Assembly: GCA_016742095.1 (NCBI GenBank) | Contig: JACVCJ010000005.1 | Location: 3,335 to 67,334 of the forward strand | Length of the DNA: 64,000 bases | Direction of reading: 5' to 3' | Source: Bacteroidia bacterium | GTDB taxonomy: Bacteria; Bacteroidota; Bacteroidia; CAIKAF01 | The notes under the pieces: model-generated | Told to the model about the DNA's origin: nothing | The model's database searches: none | The model's input: only the letters and a program-made list of their open reading frames with translations | Position numbers and translations under genes: made by a program | Shown: positions 8,928-18,617 of the stretch, piece by piece | How the letters are laid out: each line of letters starts with the position of its first letter | How positions within the stretch are numbered: position 1 is the first letter of the stretch

Positions 8928-10802
8928 ATGTTTTCTGAATTTGATATAATCGTAGTGGGTGCCGGGCATGCGGGAAACGAAGCCGCAGCTGCAGCCGCAA
9001 ACATGGGTTCCAAAGTGCTCCTGGTGACCATGGATATGACCAAAATAGGCCAGATGTCCTGCAATCCTGCTATGGGTGGCGTGGCAAAGGGCCAGATCGT
9101 GCGCGAAATTGATGCTCTGGGCGGACTTTCCGGGATCGTGAGCGATAAAACGGCCATCCAGTTTCGCATGCTGAACCGTTCCAAAGGTCCTGCCATGTGG
9201 AGTCCACGTACACAGAACGATCGTGCACGCTTTGCCGAAGAATGGAGAATGCAGCTGGAGGCGATCCCGAACCTGTACTTCTGGCAGGATTCTGTGGTAG
9301 AACTCCTCGTAAAAGATAAAAGAGTATACGGCGTGATCACGTCCATGGGACAACAATTCCATGCCAAAGCCGTAGTGCTTACCAATGGTACCTTCCTTAA
9401 TGGTATTATCCATATCGGGGAAAAGCAACTGAAAGGCGGCAGGGCGGGGGAGAAGGCCTCTTATGGACTCACCGCCCAGCTGGAATCCCTCGGGTTTGAA
9501 TCGGGTCGTATGAAGACCGGTACACCGCCGCGCCTTGACGGCCGTTCTCTGAACTATGCCGCCATGACCGAGCAGGAAGGTGATCCTGACCCGTCCCGTT
9601 TCTCCTATATGCACACCCCGCCGCTGGAAAACCAGATGAGCTGCTATATAACCTATACCAGCCAGGAAGTACACGATGTGCTGAAGACCGGCTTTGAGAA
9701 ATCGCCCATGTTCAACGGACGTATACAGGGTCTGGGCCCCCGCTATTGTCCTTCCATCGAAGATAAGATCAATCGTTTTTCGGATAAAGACAGTCACCAG
9801 CTGTTCGTGGAACCGGAAGGCCGGAATACAGTAGAGATCTATGTGAACGGATTCTCCTCCAGTCTGCCCGAAGAAGTGCAGTATAAAGCCCTGCGCAAGA
9901 TCGTCGGCTTTGAGAATGCCGTGATGTTCCGCCCCGGTTATGCCATCGAGTACGACTATTTCCCGCCCGTGCAGCTGCGTCACACCCTGGAGACCAAACT
10001 GGTGGAGAACCTCTATTTCGCCGGACAGATAAACGGTACTACGGGCTATGAAGAAGCCGCCTGCCAGGGTCTCATGGCCGGCATCAATGCCCACCTGAAA
10101 GGGAAAGAAGAACAACCCCTGGTGCTGGGCCGGGAGGAAGCCTACATCGGAGTGCTCATCGACGACCTCATCAACAAAGGTACCGAAGAACCCTACCGTA
10201 TGTTCACTTCAAGGGCTGAATACCGCATCCTGCTTCGCCAGGACAATGCTGATTTTAGGCTCACCGAAAAGGGCAGGGCTGTAGGCCTTGTAAAAGATGA
10301 TCGTTACGCTGTTTTTACAGAGCGAAAAGCCATGGTGGAACGCCTGCGCCGGAACATTATGCAGTACAGCGTTTCGCCGGAACAGCTGAACCATTACCTG
10401 GAGTCGAAAGGTTCTATGCCCCTGCGTCAGAAAGTGAAACTGGACTCCGTGCTGTCCCGCCCCAATGTATTCCTGGAAGAAATAATGGCCCTGGATACTA
10501 TCGCTTCAGATCTGGCAGAAGGCCTGGAGCGTCCCCTGTGTAAAGATGAGACCGAACTGGCCGAGACCCTCATTAAATACGAAGGCTATATACAGCGGGA
10601 ACGTGAAATGGCGGAGAAGATGCAACGCCTGGAATATGTAAAACTGGATTCGGCCTTCGACTATCACGGTCTGCCTTCACTGTCGATGGAAGCCCGGGAG
10701 AAACTCAGCCGCATCCGGCCGGAGAACCTGGGTCAGGCCAGCCGTATCAGCGGCGTGTCGCCGGCAGATATTTCGGTTTTGCTCATTAAATTGGGACGCT
10801 AA
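8928..10802 (+). CDS. mnmG: tRNA uridine 5-carboxymethylaminomethyl modification enzyme MnmG (GidA).
   Basis: The start MFSEFDIIVVGAGHAGNEAA contains the FAD-binding GxGxxG motif. The 624-aa length and the GQINGTTGYEEAA motif also fit MnmG. Confidence 0.9.
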   Translation: MFSEFDIIVVGAGHAGNEAAAAAANMGSKVLLVTMDMTKIGQMSCNPAMGGVAKGQIVREIDALGGLSGIVSDKTAIQFRMLNRSKGPAMWSPRTQNDRARFAEEWRMQLEAIPNLYFWQDSVVELLVKDKRVYGVITSMGQQFHAKAVVLTNGTFLNGIIHIGEKQLKGGRAGEKASYGLTAQLESLGFESGRMKTGTPPRLDGRSLNYAAMTEQEGDPDPSRFSYMHTPPLENQMSCYITYTSQEVHDVLKTGFEKSPMFNGRIQGLGPRYCPSIEDKINRFSDKDSHQLFVEPEGRNTVEIYVNGFSSSLPEEVQYKALRKIVGFENAVMFRPGYAIEYDYFPPVQLRHTLETKLVENLYFAGQINGTTGYEEAACQGLMAGINAHLKGKEEQPLVLGREEAYIGVLIDDLINKGTEEPYRMFTSRAEYRILLRQDNADFRLTEKGRAVGLVKDDRYAVFTERKAMVERLRRNIMQYSVSPEQLNHYLESKGSMPLRQKVKLDSVLSRPNVFLEEIMALDTIASDLAEGLERPLCKDETELAETLIKYEGYIQREREMAEKMQRLEYVKLDSAFDYHGLPSLSMEAREKLSRIRPENLGQASRISGVSPADISVLLIKLGR

Positions 10803-10826
10803 ACGTATATTCATTACCTTTAAGAT

Positions 10827-11369
10827 ATGAAACTGTACAGACTTTTTTTGATGGTTGCCGCAGGCGGTATGCTTGTTTCCTGCGGATCGAAAGCTCCCGT
10901 GAAACCGGCCCCGGCCGCTTTTTCTCTTTTTGAGACCGTGCTGAAGGATTCCGCCGGCCTGGTACGTGGCGCCGACCTGGGCGATGATCCCGATGTGGTG
11001 CGCCAGATGGAATACGATTCGGCCCTGGTGGTGAGCAACAAGTATGCACTGATCTACGACTATAAATTGCCTGAAGAACGAGCCCTGAACCTGAAGTATA
11101 CCTTCGGCGGAAATGCCCTGCAGAAGATCGAAATGGACGTGTTCCTGGCCAGCGAAGGTCAGGCAGATACCCTTACGCAGGAGTTTAAAAGATACTATTC
11201 CAAAAAATTCGGGGAGCCCCAGCAACAGATGGGCGTATACGTGTGGATGGGCCCTTCGCAGACCGGCAGCGATTCGGTGATCGAAATGAAGGACGAGTCG
11301 GCCGAATACGGCTATGGTAAACTCAATATTACCATCTACCCCAAAGATTTCCAGTCAAAACCCCTCTAA
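10827..11369 (+). CDS. Hypothetical lipoprotein.
   Basis: The lipobox signal peptide is MKLYRLFLMVAAGGMLVSCGSK. Confidence 0.5.
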   Translation: MKLYRLFLMVAAGGMLVSCGSKAPVKPAPAAFSLFETVLKDSAGLVRGADLGDDPDVVRQMEYDSALVVSNKYALIYDYKLPEERALNLKYTFGGNALQKIEMDVFLASEGQADTLTQEFKRYYSKKFGEPQQQMGVYVWMGPSQTGSDSVIEMKDESAEYGYGKLNITIYPKDFQSKPL

Positions 11370-11372
11370 GGC

Positions 11373-12749
11373 ATGCAGCCTGAGATTCGCAACCTGCAGG
11401 TCTGGAAAAAGGACCGGGCGCTTACGCCGGCGTTTGACCTGGACCCGGAGCCCGGCCGTGTATACTGCCTGGTGTCGGAGAGCGGTGCGGGTAAATCCCT
11501 GCTCATGCAGGCGATGGCGGGCATTCTTCCGCCTGGTCTGCATTCGACGGGTAGTGTATTGCCGGCCCCGGTCCCCGGAAAGAACGGGGTGGTATATGTT
11601 TTCCAGGACGCATCTGCGGCATTGAACCCGGTACTGCGTGTGGATAAACTGCTGTACGAAACCTGGGACCTGCATCATAGCGGAAAAAGTAAGGAGGAGA
11701 GGGACCGGCGGATCCGGAAAGACCTGGAAGAACTGCAGCTGGAAACTTCCATCCTGAAAAAACAATTCTTTGAACTTTCGGGCGGACAGAAACAACGGAT
11801 CCATGTTTTGCTCGGACTTTTATGCGAAGCCGATCTTTTATTACTCGATGAGGTGACCTCGGCACTCGACCCTGCCAATGCCCGGCTTTTACTTAACATA
11901 ATTACGCGCTATTCTTCCGAAAAAAAACGGACGGTCCTGCTGGCTGGTCACGATATTCAACTCTTACGCGAATTTGATATTTCATTTATATATCTATGTG
12001 ATAAAGATATAAATAGCGCTGTTTTTTTTGATGACACTAAAAAAAACGATGTTATAACAAATGATACAGGTGGTTATCCGATTATTTCGGCAAAAAATGT
12101 TCATTTTTCCTATTCTTCCTGGGAACCTGTTCTGAAAGACCTGAACCTGGAGATTCATCCCGGCGAATACATCCGGGTGACCGGCGAAAGTGGCAGCGGA
12201 AAATCGACCCTGGCCGCTTTGTTGTCGGCACAACTAAAAGTTACACGTGGAACAATATTGTACCCGACCCTCGATCCGCTTTTTACCCGGGAGCAGATGC
12301 CGGCCTTTCTGCAACTGATCTTCCAGGACGGTTTCAGTACCCTGCCGCCTTTTATGCCGGTATGGCGCATACTTACCGAAGGCGCTTTTTACCTGGGCAA
12401 GGTAAGATCTGCACAGCGTAAAGCCCTGGCCGCAGCCTGGCTGCAGAAAATGGGTCTGCCGGCAGACGCCCTGAACCGGCGCGCGCATGAACTGAGCGGG
12501 GGACAGCGGCAACGGATCGGTGTGGCCCGGGCGCTCGCCTGTGAACCCCGTGTGCTGCTTTGCGATGAAATTACGGCCAACCTGGACCGGGAAACGGCCC
12601 GAAGTGTACTGCAGATCATTTACGAACAAAGCCGGGCAAGCGGTATGGCCGTGGTGTATTTTACCCATCAGCCCGATATTTTTCCTTTTGCTTTCGATAC
12701 CTGTTACCACCTGGGTGAAGCGGGCCTGCAGAAAGTTGCCGGCTTATGA
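11373..12749 (+). CDS. ABC transporter ATP-binding protein with two tandem nucleotide-binding domains.
   Basis: There are two Walker A motifs (SESGAGKS, GESGSGKST), two signature motifs (LSGGQKQR, LSGGQRQRIGVARAL) and two Walker B motifs (LLLLDE, LLCDE). The domains are joined by an AT-rich linker at ~11950–12110. Confidence 0.8.
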   Translation: MQPEIRNLQVWKKDRALTPAFDLDPEPGRVYCLVSESGAGKSLLMQAMAGILPPGLHSTGSVLPAPVPGKNGVVYVFQDASAALNPVLRVDKLLYETWDLHHSGKSKEERDRRIRKDLEELQLETSILKKQFFELSGGQKQRIHVLLGLLCEADLLLLDEVTSALDPANARLLLNIITRYSSEKKRTVLLAGHDIQLLREFDISFIYLCDKDINSAVFFDDTKKNDVITNDTGGYPIISAKNVHFSYSSWEPVLKDLNLEIHPGEYIRVTGESGSGKSTLAALLSAQLKVTRGTILYPTLDPLFTREQMPAFLQLIFQDGFSTLPPFMPVWRILTEGAFYLGKVRSAQRKALAAAWLQKMGLPADALNRRAHELSGGQRQRIGVARALACEPRVLLCDEITANLDRETARSVLQIIYEQSRASGMAVVYFTHQPDIFPFAFDTCYHLGEAGLQKVAGL

Positions 12750-14237
12750 CATCTGTTCCAGTTCTTCGGCGATCGTACGGTCGTTCATGAGGCGGGGCAC
12801 TTTGTTTTGTCCGCCCAGTTTGCCCTTGCTTTTCATGTATCCGATAAAGCTGTTCCGCGGCAGGGCCCGTATAACGGCCTTCTGGAGGATATTGCCGGCG
12901 ATCAGGTCTTCGTAATAGATGTTCCGGCGCCGCATTTCCGCGTCCAGTTCATCCCGGAACCGCTGTATATCAGCCGGTTCCTTTGTAAATTCTATGAACC
13001 ATTCGTGGTAAGGCAGTTCGTTTTCCACCTGAATGCGCGGCGCCACGTGGAACTCAAAAATTTCGGCCCCGGTCTGTGCACAGGCATAGGCCATGGCAGC
13101 GTCCACTTCTTCGGAGATCACGTGTTCGCCGAAGGCAGAAATAAAATGTTTGATGCGGCCGGTAACCACGATGCGGTAGGGGTCTTTCGACACAAATTTT
13201 ACGGTGTCGCCGATGCTGTAGCCCCAGAGACCGGCATTGGTATTGAGTATAAGTGCGTAGTTTACATTCAGTTCTACATCTTTCAGCGGTATGCGTACCG
13301 GGTTTTCGCTGAAATACGTGTCCGTGGTCACAAATTCGTAAAAGATGCCGTTGTTGGTAAGCAGCAGCATACCGGGCTCATGTTGTGTGTCCTGGTAGGC
13401 AATAAAGCCTTCAGAAGCGGGGTAGGTCTCGATGCTGGGCACCTGTTTACCGATCAGGCTGTAAATTTTGGCTTTATACGGTTCAAAATTCACCCCGCCA
13501 TACACGAATATGCTAAAGTGGGGGAAAACCTCCAGGATGGTCTCTTTTCCCGTTTTTTCGAGTACTTTTTCAAAATACATTTGTACCCAGGCCGGAATAC
13601 CGCTGATCAGGCGCATGTCGAGCGGAATGGTCTCCTCGGCGATGGCCTCTACTTTTACTTCCCAGTCCTCGATGATATTGGTTTTCCAGCGCGGCACCTG
13701 GTTGCGTTTGAGCCAGCCGGGTACCAGGTGGTTCACGATACCGGAAAGGCGGCCGATAAAAATACCGTTCACCATTTTGAGCTTGGGACTGCCCGAAAGG
13801 AAAATGAGTTTGCCGTTGAGCACGTCGGCGCTGCCGCTGTCGGCCAGGTAGCAGAAAACGCCCTGCATGGCCGAACGCACGTGGTAGGGGGCGCTGGCTT
13901 TGGTAATGGGTATCAGTTTAACGCCCGAAGTAGTGCCGGAAGTTTTGGCGAGGAATTTGGGCTTACCGGGCCACAGTACATTGGGTTCGCCGGCTGCGGC
14001 GCGGTCTATGTATTGCTTCAGGATCTCGTAATCGCCAACGGGCACGTGCCGTTTAAAATCCTCGTAGCGGTGGATGCGTTCGAAACGGTGGTCTTTTCCG
14101 AATTCGGTGCTGCGCGCTGTACGGATAAGGTTGCGGAATATGTTCTCCTGGTTCCTGAGGGCACGGCGGGCATCGCGGCGTATACCTTTTACCACGAAGC
14201 GTGCGTACATGAGTCCCAGTGCTGATTTTAACGACAT
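12744..14237 (-). CDS. GH3-family (auxin-responsive promoter family) adenylate-forming enzyme.
   Basis: The 497-aa protein has the architecture typical of bacterial GH3 proteins, including a TSGTTSG-like adenylation motif (AKTSGTTSGVKLIP). Confidence 0.6.
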   Translation of the reverse strand: MSLKSALGLMYARFVVKGIRRDARRALRNQENIFRNLIRTARSTEFGKDHRFERIHRYEDFKRHVPVGDYEILKQYIDRAAAGEPNVLWPGKPKFLAKTSGTTSGVKLIPITKASAPYHVRSAMQGVFCYLADSGSADVLNGKLIFLSGSPKLKMVNGIFIGRLSGIVNHLVPGWLKRNQVPRWKTNIIEDWEVKVEAIAEETIPLDMRLISGIPAWVQMYFEKVLEKTGKETILEVFPHFSIFVYGGVNFEPYKAKIYSLIGKQVPSIETYPASEGFIAYQDTQHEPGMLLLTNNGIFYEFVTTDTYFSENPVRIPLKDVELNVNYALILNTNAGLWGYSIGDTVKFVSKDPYRIVVTGRIKHFISAFGEHVISEEVDAAMAYACAQTGAEIFEFHVAPRIQVENELPYHEWFIEFTKEPADIQRFRDELDAEMRRRNIYYEDLIAGNILQKAVIRALPRNSFIGYMKSKGKLGGQNKVPRLMNDRTIAEELEQMS

Positions 14238-14240
14238 TTT

Positions 14241-15089
14241 CTAAAAACTGATATGGTTTTCGGGGTCTGTGGGTCCGTTGTTGTGCCAGAGTTCGAAATA
14301 GAGTATTCGTTCGCCTTTCTGGTCGGGTTTGCATTGGGCTATGGCTTCACCGGCGCGTACCACATCGCCTGCTTTGTGCAGCAGGGCCGCATTGTTGCGG
14401 TAAATGGAAATAAAACGGTTGGGGTGAATGATGATCATAAAATAATCCGAATAGGGCGACCAGCCTTCGTACAGCACCACGCCGTCCGAAACCGATTTTA
14501 CCGGGTCTTCGCCGTTCTGACGGATCCGTATCCCGTATTTCCCGAGCGGAATGTTTGCCTTGTCTAAAATAGTTCCACGTACCGGACTGAAAAAGAAAAG
14601 TTTATCCTTTTTTTCGGACTTTTCTACCTTGAATTTCCGCTCTTCGTACAGTTCGCGGCGCAGGGTGGAATCTTCGGGGCTTTTGGCATCCTGGATCTGT
14701 TGGTAGTTCCGTGTGGAATCCTTCATGGCCTGCAGGGAACGTACGGGCGGTCTGCCGTCGATAATGGCCTTGATATTGTACAGGAAAACGTCTTTTTCCT
14801 GCATGGCGGTCTCCAGGGAGTCGGTCCGTTTGCTCAGTTCCAGGGCCTGCTTGCGGATGCTTACATCGGCATAGCCCGGGATATATTCGCGCAGGGGCGT
14901 GTAGGCGATCACCATGATGGTGATGAAAATAAGCAGCAGGGCCACAATACCGCCGGCCACAAATACGTTCATACGCGAGAGCCTGAATGAGGCCAGTTCT
15001 TCGAATGTACTTTCGTTTACAATTTTAAAACGATATTTGTACATGAAGCGCTTAAAAAGCTTTTTGCGTATGATCTTAAATCTGTTCAT
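14241..15089 (-). CDS. M23-family metallopeptidase with an N-terminal transmembrane anchor.
   Basis: A transmembrane helix (VFVAGGIVALLLIFITIMVIAY) is followed by a coiled coil and a C-terminal LytM-like domain (HNGPTDPENHI). I take the start at MNRFK (15089); the ORF track extends it to 15242. Confidence 0.65.
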   Translation of the reverse strand: MNRFKIIRKKLFKRFMYKYRFKIVNESTFEELASFRLSRMNVFVAGGIVALLLIFITIMVIAYTPLREYIPGYADVSIRKQALELSKRTDSLETAMQEKDVFLYNIKAIIDGRPPVRSLQAMKDSTRNYQQIQDAKSPEDSTLRRELYEERKFKVEKSEKKDKLFFFSPVRGTILDKANIPLGKYGIRIRQNGEDPVKSVSDGVVLYEGWSPYSDYFMIIIHPNRFISIYRNNAALLHKAGDVVRAGEAIAQCKPDQKGERILYFELWHNNGPTDPENHISF

Positions 15090-15153
15090 CCGAAACACAA
15101 AAATAGCGAATCTCTTTCTGAAAAAGAGGCCCCGGCTCGCTATTGCCTTTACA

Positions 15154-15693
15154 ATGCTGCTTATGAGCGGCTTACAGGCCCAGGTAACTCCCATGCCGCG
15201 CCAGGACCCGAAGTTTGTCTTCGAGGTAAATCCCCTGCGCAATACTTATATCAACCCGCAGCTTACCAGCAATATCAACCCGAAATTCAACAGTACCCTG
15301 AACCCGAATTTCAATACACGCATCCATCCGGACCATAATCCTTCGATCAGTCCGGACTACGATCCCTCCATCAATCCCAACTTTAACCCCGATCTGAATC
15401 CGCTGTACAATACCAAGCTGGACCCGGCCTACGGTACCCGCCCGGCTTTTTTCATCTATACCACGGCGGCGGAACCCGACGGTTTTGCCATGGAAGCCAT
15501 TCAGAACCGCGTATATCTCTATTACGATGTAAACGTACAGTACAAGGGCTTTTTTGTGGCCAATTCCGAAGGCGGCTATAACCTGTTCGGAGAAGATATT
15601 AAGTTTACCGGGCAGTATCTTACGCCCAACAGCCAGGGCAATTTTAATATATTCAATATGAGCCAGGAATGGCTGGGTTTTACCGCGCCCTGA
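15154..15693 (+). CDS. Hypothetical secreted protein with tandem NP-containing pentapeptide-like repeats.
   Basis: The signal peptide is MLLMSGLQAQ. The repeat tract reads NPLRNTYINPQLTSNINPKFNSTLNPNFNTRIHPDHNPSISPDYDPSINPNFNPDLNPLYNTKLDP. The start is uncertain; alternatives are 15043 and 15070. Confidence 0.5.
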   Translation: MLLMSGLQAQVTPMPRQDPKFVFEVNPLRNTYINPQLTSNINPKFNSTLNPNFNTRIHPDHNPSISPDYDPSINPNFNPDLNPLYNTKLDPAYGTRPAFFIYTTAAEPDGFAMEAIQNRVYLYYDVNVQYKGFFVANSEGGYNLFGEDIKFTGQYLTPNSQGNFNIFNMSQEWLGFTAP

Positions 15694-15802
15694 TTTTTTA
15701 ACGAGATCTTTGTGCCGGGTTCTGTTCCGGCTTAATACCTTTGTGCCGCGTTTAGTCCGACGGACTTTTATTTTACAGGGACGATACATCTATTTACGGG
15801 TT

Positions 15803-17014
15803 ATGAAACAAGCGGCAGGCACACCTTTACAGGACCCTTCAGCGGATCTGGCACAAAAAACCGTTTACGCCATTCTTTTTTCCATCAGCTTCAGCCATAT
15901 GCTGAACGATATGATGCAGTCGGTGATACCTTCGGTATATCCCATGATCAAGGATAAGTACCAGCTTTCATTTACACAGATCGGACTTATTACCTTTGCC
16001 TTTCAGCTTACGGCCTCGCTGCTGCAGCCTTTTGTGGGCATTTATACCGACCGGCGTCCGCAGCCCTATTCCTTCGTTATCGGCATGTTCTTCAGCCTGG
16101 CGGGCATCATCCTGCTTTCACAGGCTACGGGCTTTTATTCCATATTGCTGGCGGTAAGCTGTGTGGGCGTGGGCTCTTCGGTTTTTCACCCCGAATCTTC
16201 CAAAGTGGCCTATTATGCATCCGGCGGGCGGCGCGGACTGGCCCAGTCCATCTTTCAGCTGGGCGGCAATTTCGGGTCGGCCATCGGGCCATTGCTGGTG
16301 GCGGCCATTGTGGTACCGCGCGGACAGTATTACATCCTGTGGTTCATGCTGGCGGCCTTTATGGGCATTTTTGTACTGTCGAGGGTAGGCGTGTGGTACC
16401 GCGGTTTCCTGAGCCAGGCGCAGAGCCGGAAGAAGATCGTGGAACAAAACGGCCTTTCGCGCAGAACGGTGGTGGTTTCCGTGGTGATACTGCTGGTGCT
16501 CATTTTCTCCAAGTATTTCTACATGGCAGGGATCACCAGCTACCTTACCTTTTACCTGATCGAAAAATTCAGTCTGTCCGTACAGCAGTCGCAGCTGTAT
16601 CTCTTCCTGTTCCTGATCTCCGTGGCAGCGGGTACACTCATCGGCGGACCGCTGGGCGACCGGTTCGGGCGCAAGATCATTATCTGGGCATCCATACTGG
16701 GCGCGGCACCCTTTACCCTGCTGCTGCCCTATGCCGATCTGTTCTGGACGGGCATCCTGATCGCTATTATCGGGTTTATCATGGCTTCGGCCTTTTCGGC
16801 CATCCTGGTGTATGCACAGGAACTGATGCCGGGCAAGATCGGTATGATCTCGGGCCTGTTCTTCGGTTTTGCCTTCGGTATGGGCGGACTGGGTTCGGCC
16901 GTGCTGGGCAAAATGGCGGATTACACGGGCATTGCGTTCGTATACAAAATATGTGCCTTTTTACCGCTGATCGGCCTGGTAACGGCTTTCCTCCCGGATC
17001 TGAGGAAGAAATAA
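15803..17014 (+). CDS. MFS transporter.
   Basis: The protein has about 12 predicted transmembrane helices and the MFS loop motif (GIYTDRRPQP; GPLGDRFGRK). Confidence 0.8.
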   Translation: MKQAAGTPLQDPSADLAQKTVYAILFSISFSHMLNDMMQSVIPSVYPMIKDKYQLSFTQIGLITFAFQLTASLLQPFVGIYTDRRPQPYSFVIGMFFSLAGIILLSQATGFYSILLAVSCVGVGSSVFHPESSKVAYYASGGRRGLAQSIFQLGGNFGSAIGPLLVAAIVVPRGQYYILWFMLAAFMGIFVLSRVGVWYRGFLSQAQSRKKIVEQNGLSRRTVVVSVVILLVLIFSKYFYMAGITSYLTFYLIEKFSLSVQQSQLYLFLFLISVAAGTLIGGPLGDRFGRKIIIWASILGAAPFTLLLPYADLFWTGILIAIIGFIMASAFSAILVYAQELMPGKIGMISGLFFGFAFGMGGLGSAVLGKMADYTGIAFVYKICAFLPLIGLVTAFLPDLRKK

Positions 17015-17022
17015 CGCCGTAG

Positions 17023-18453
17023 TTATTTACCTTTCTGCCTTTCAAGCGTGTTTTTCCCGACGGTATATGCATATGCCGATGCGGGAATGTACTGTATGTT
17101 CAGGCCGTTGTAATTAATTTCTCCGTCCTGGTCTATGGTAGTAACCAGGGGATTATCCAGCTTGTTTTCCTGGCAGAATTTAAAAAGGCTTTTTAATTCA
17201 CCCGGCTTTTCAAAAAACCGGTTCGTCCATTTTATTTCCAGTGCCCATATCGGTTTTAGTGTGGAATCGCTTAGCCCGACCATATCCACTTCGCCGTTAC
17301 TCCAGCGGGCATACCAGGGCCTGAACCAGTCTCTGTGCATCCATTGGGCAAAGATGGCGGTCTCGATAAGATTGCCGATAAGCTCGTCGTTTGATGTAAC
17401 CGGCGAAAAAAGAGCGCTTCGCAAAGAGGGATTGGTGAGATAGATCTTAAAAAAATTATCCCGGCGGAACTTTTTTCCGCCCTGATCTACTCTTTTCACC
17501 CGCTTTATCAGGTATGCCACTTCTAAATATTCGATGTACTTTTTCAGTGTGTTTTTAGGAACCTGCGACTGTTTGCTGAGCGCTTCGAGCGAAAATTCAC
17601 CCCCGGTATTATAGGCAATGGTCGTAAACAGAGAGTTCAGTTCCCGGGTATCGCTTATTCCGTAAAGACTGGGCAGATCGCGTAATAAAACCTTGTCCAC
17701 AATGTCCTGCCGGATATATCTGCCGGGGTTTTCCTGCATGGTTTGCGAGAAGATCACTTCGGGGTACCCGCCAAAGTTGATGTAATCAATAAAGTGCCTG
17801 TTTAATTCATCTAAATGAGAGGAGGTATAAAACTCGCTCAGCGTATTTTTCCATTTTATACGGGTAGGAATAATGATCCTGTCCAGGTCTTTCAGGTGGA
17901 TGTATTCGTTAAATGTTAGAGGCGGAAGCATAAAATCTGTGAAACGTCCGGCCCCGCTTTCCATACTGGCAAATTTCAGGGCAGCGGCAGCAGACCCGGA
18001 AACAATGAATTTGTCTTTTCTATAGCTGTCAACAAGAGATTTAAGATGTATTTCCCAGTCACGGCAATACTGTATCTCGTCAAAAATCACGATCCAGCCT
18101 TCTTTGTCCGGCAGGCCGGTCGCTTCCCTGGCGTATTGAAAGAGCTGCTCCAGCCCGATATTGTTATAGATGGGGTTTTCTATGGTTATGAAGATGATTT
18201 TCTTCGGATCAAAACCATTTTCAATCAGGTCCTGTACCTGATGGTAAAGCATAACCGTTTTTCCTACACGTCTCGGACCCATCAGTACAACGGCCCGCCG
18301 TATATCCTTTTCATAGACAAGGGGTTTAAACAGATCGAAATACAATCGCCTCGGCATATCGTCATAATCCTTGTCAATGCGGCCATTTACCCACCAGGGG
18401 TTTTCAAACCGGATTCTGTCCAGAACCTGTTTTTTAGAAACTTCTCTGAGCAT
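17023..18453 (-). CDS. AAA-family ATP-binding protein (AAA_14 + DUF4143 type).
   Basis: Walker A (GPRRVGKT) and Walker B (IVIFDEIQ) motifs are present. The 476-aa length and a C-terminal region typical of DUF4143 fit this family. The DNA is visibly AT-richer than its neighbours. Confidence 0.7.
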   Translation of the reverse strand: MLREVSKKQVLDRIRFENPWWVNGRIDKDYDDMPRRLYFDLFKPLVYEKDIRRAVVLMGPRRVGKTVMLYHQVQDLIENGFDPKKIIFITIENPIYNNIGLEQLFQYAREATGLPDKEGWIVIFDEIQYCRDWEIHLKSLVDSYRKDKFIVSGSAAAALKFASMESGAGRFTDFMLPPLTFNEYIHLKDLDRIIIPTRIKWKNTLSEFYTSSHLDELNRHFIDYINFGGYPEVIFSQTMQENPGRYIRQDIVDKVLLRDLPSLYGISDTRELNSLFTTIAYNTGGEFSLEALSKQSQVPKNTLKKYIEYLEVAYLIKRVKRVDQGGKKFRRDNFFKIYLTNPSLRSALFSPVTSNDELIGNLIETAIFAQWMHRDWFRPWYARWSNGEVDMVGLSDSTLKPIWALEIKWTNRFFEKPGELKSLFKFCQENKLDNPLVTTIDQDGEINYNGLNIQYIPASAYAYTVGKNTLERQKGK

Positions 18454-18562
18454 TTTTTACTTATTCAGATCAAATATACAAAATAAGAGCAATTAATTGA
18501 CCTTATTTTATAATTATTTCGACTTTTAAGCGAAAGTAATGGATTCAAATGAAAGACAGGAA

Positions 18563-18591
18563 ACAAAAAAACCCCGTCCTTGCGAACGGGG
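18563..18591 (-). terminator. Rho-independent terminator after fumC (minus strand).
   Basis: On the plus strand the sequence reads AAAAAAACCCCGTCCTTGCGAACGGGG. On the minus strand this gives a GC stem (CCCCGT/ACGGGG) followed by a T7 run. Confidence 0.6.
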
Positions 18592-18617
18592 CCTGTTCAT
18601 GCTTTTTAAAAGTAAGC

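Noticed and set aside
8853-10115. A 420-aa minus-strand ORF overlapping mnmG.
   Set aside because: mnmG on the plus strand is unambiguous (FAD motif, full length). The antisense frame is open only because of GC-skewed codon usage.
12807-14225. A 472-aa plus-strand ORF antisense to the GH3-family gene.
   Set aside because: The minus-strand product has GH3 adenylation-type motifs. The plus-strand product is G/V/A/H-rich with no motifs.
14561-14580. A weak fourth copy (AGTTCCACGTACC) of the CACGTG motif inside the M23 peptidase gene.
   Set aside because: It matches only ~10 of 16 positions and is intragenic, so it is likely chance.
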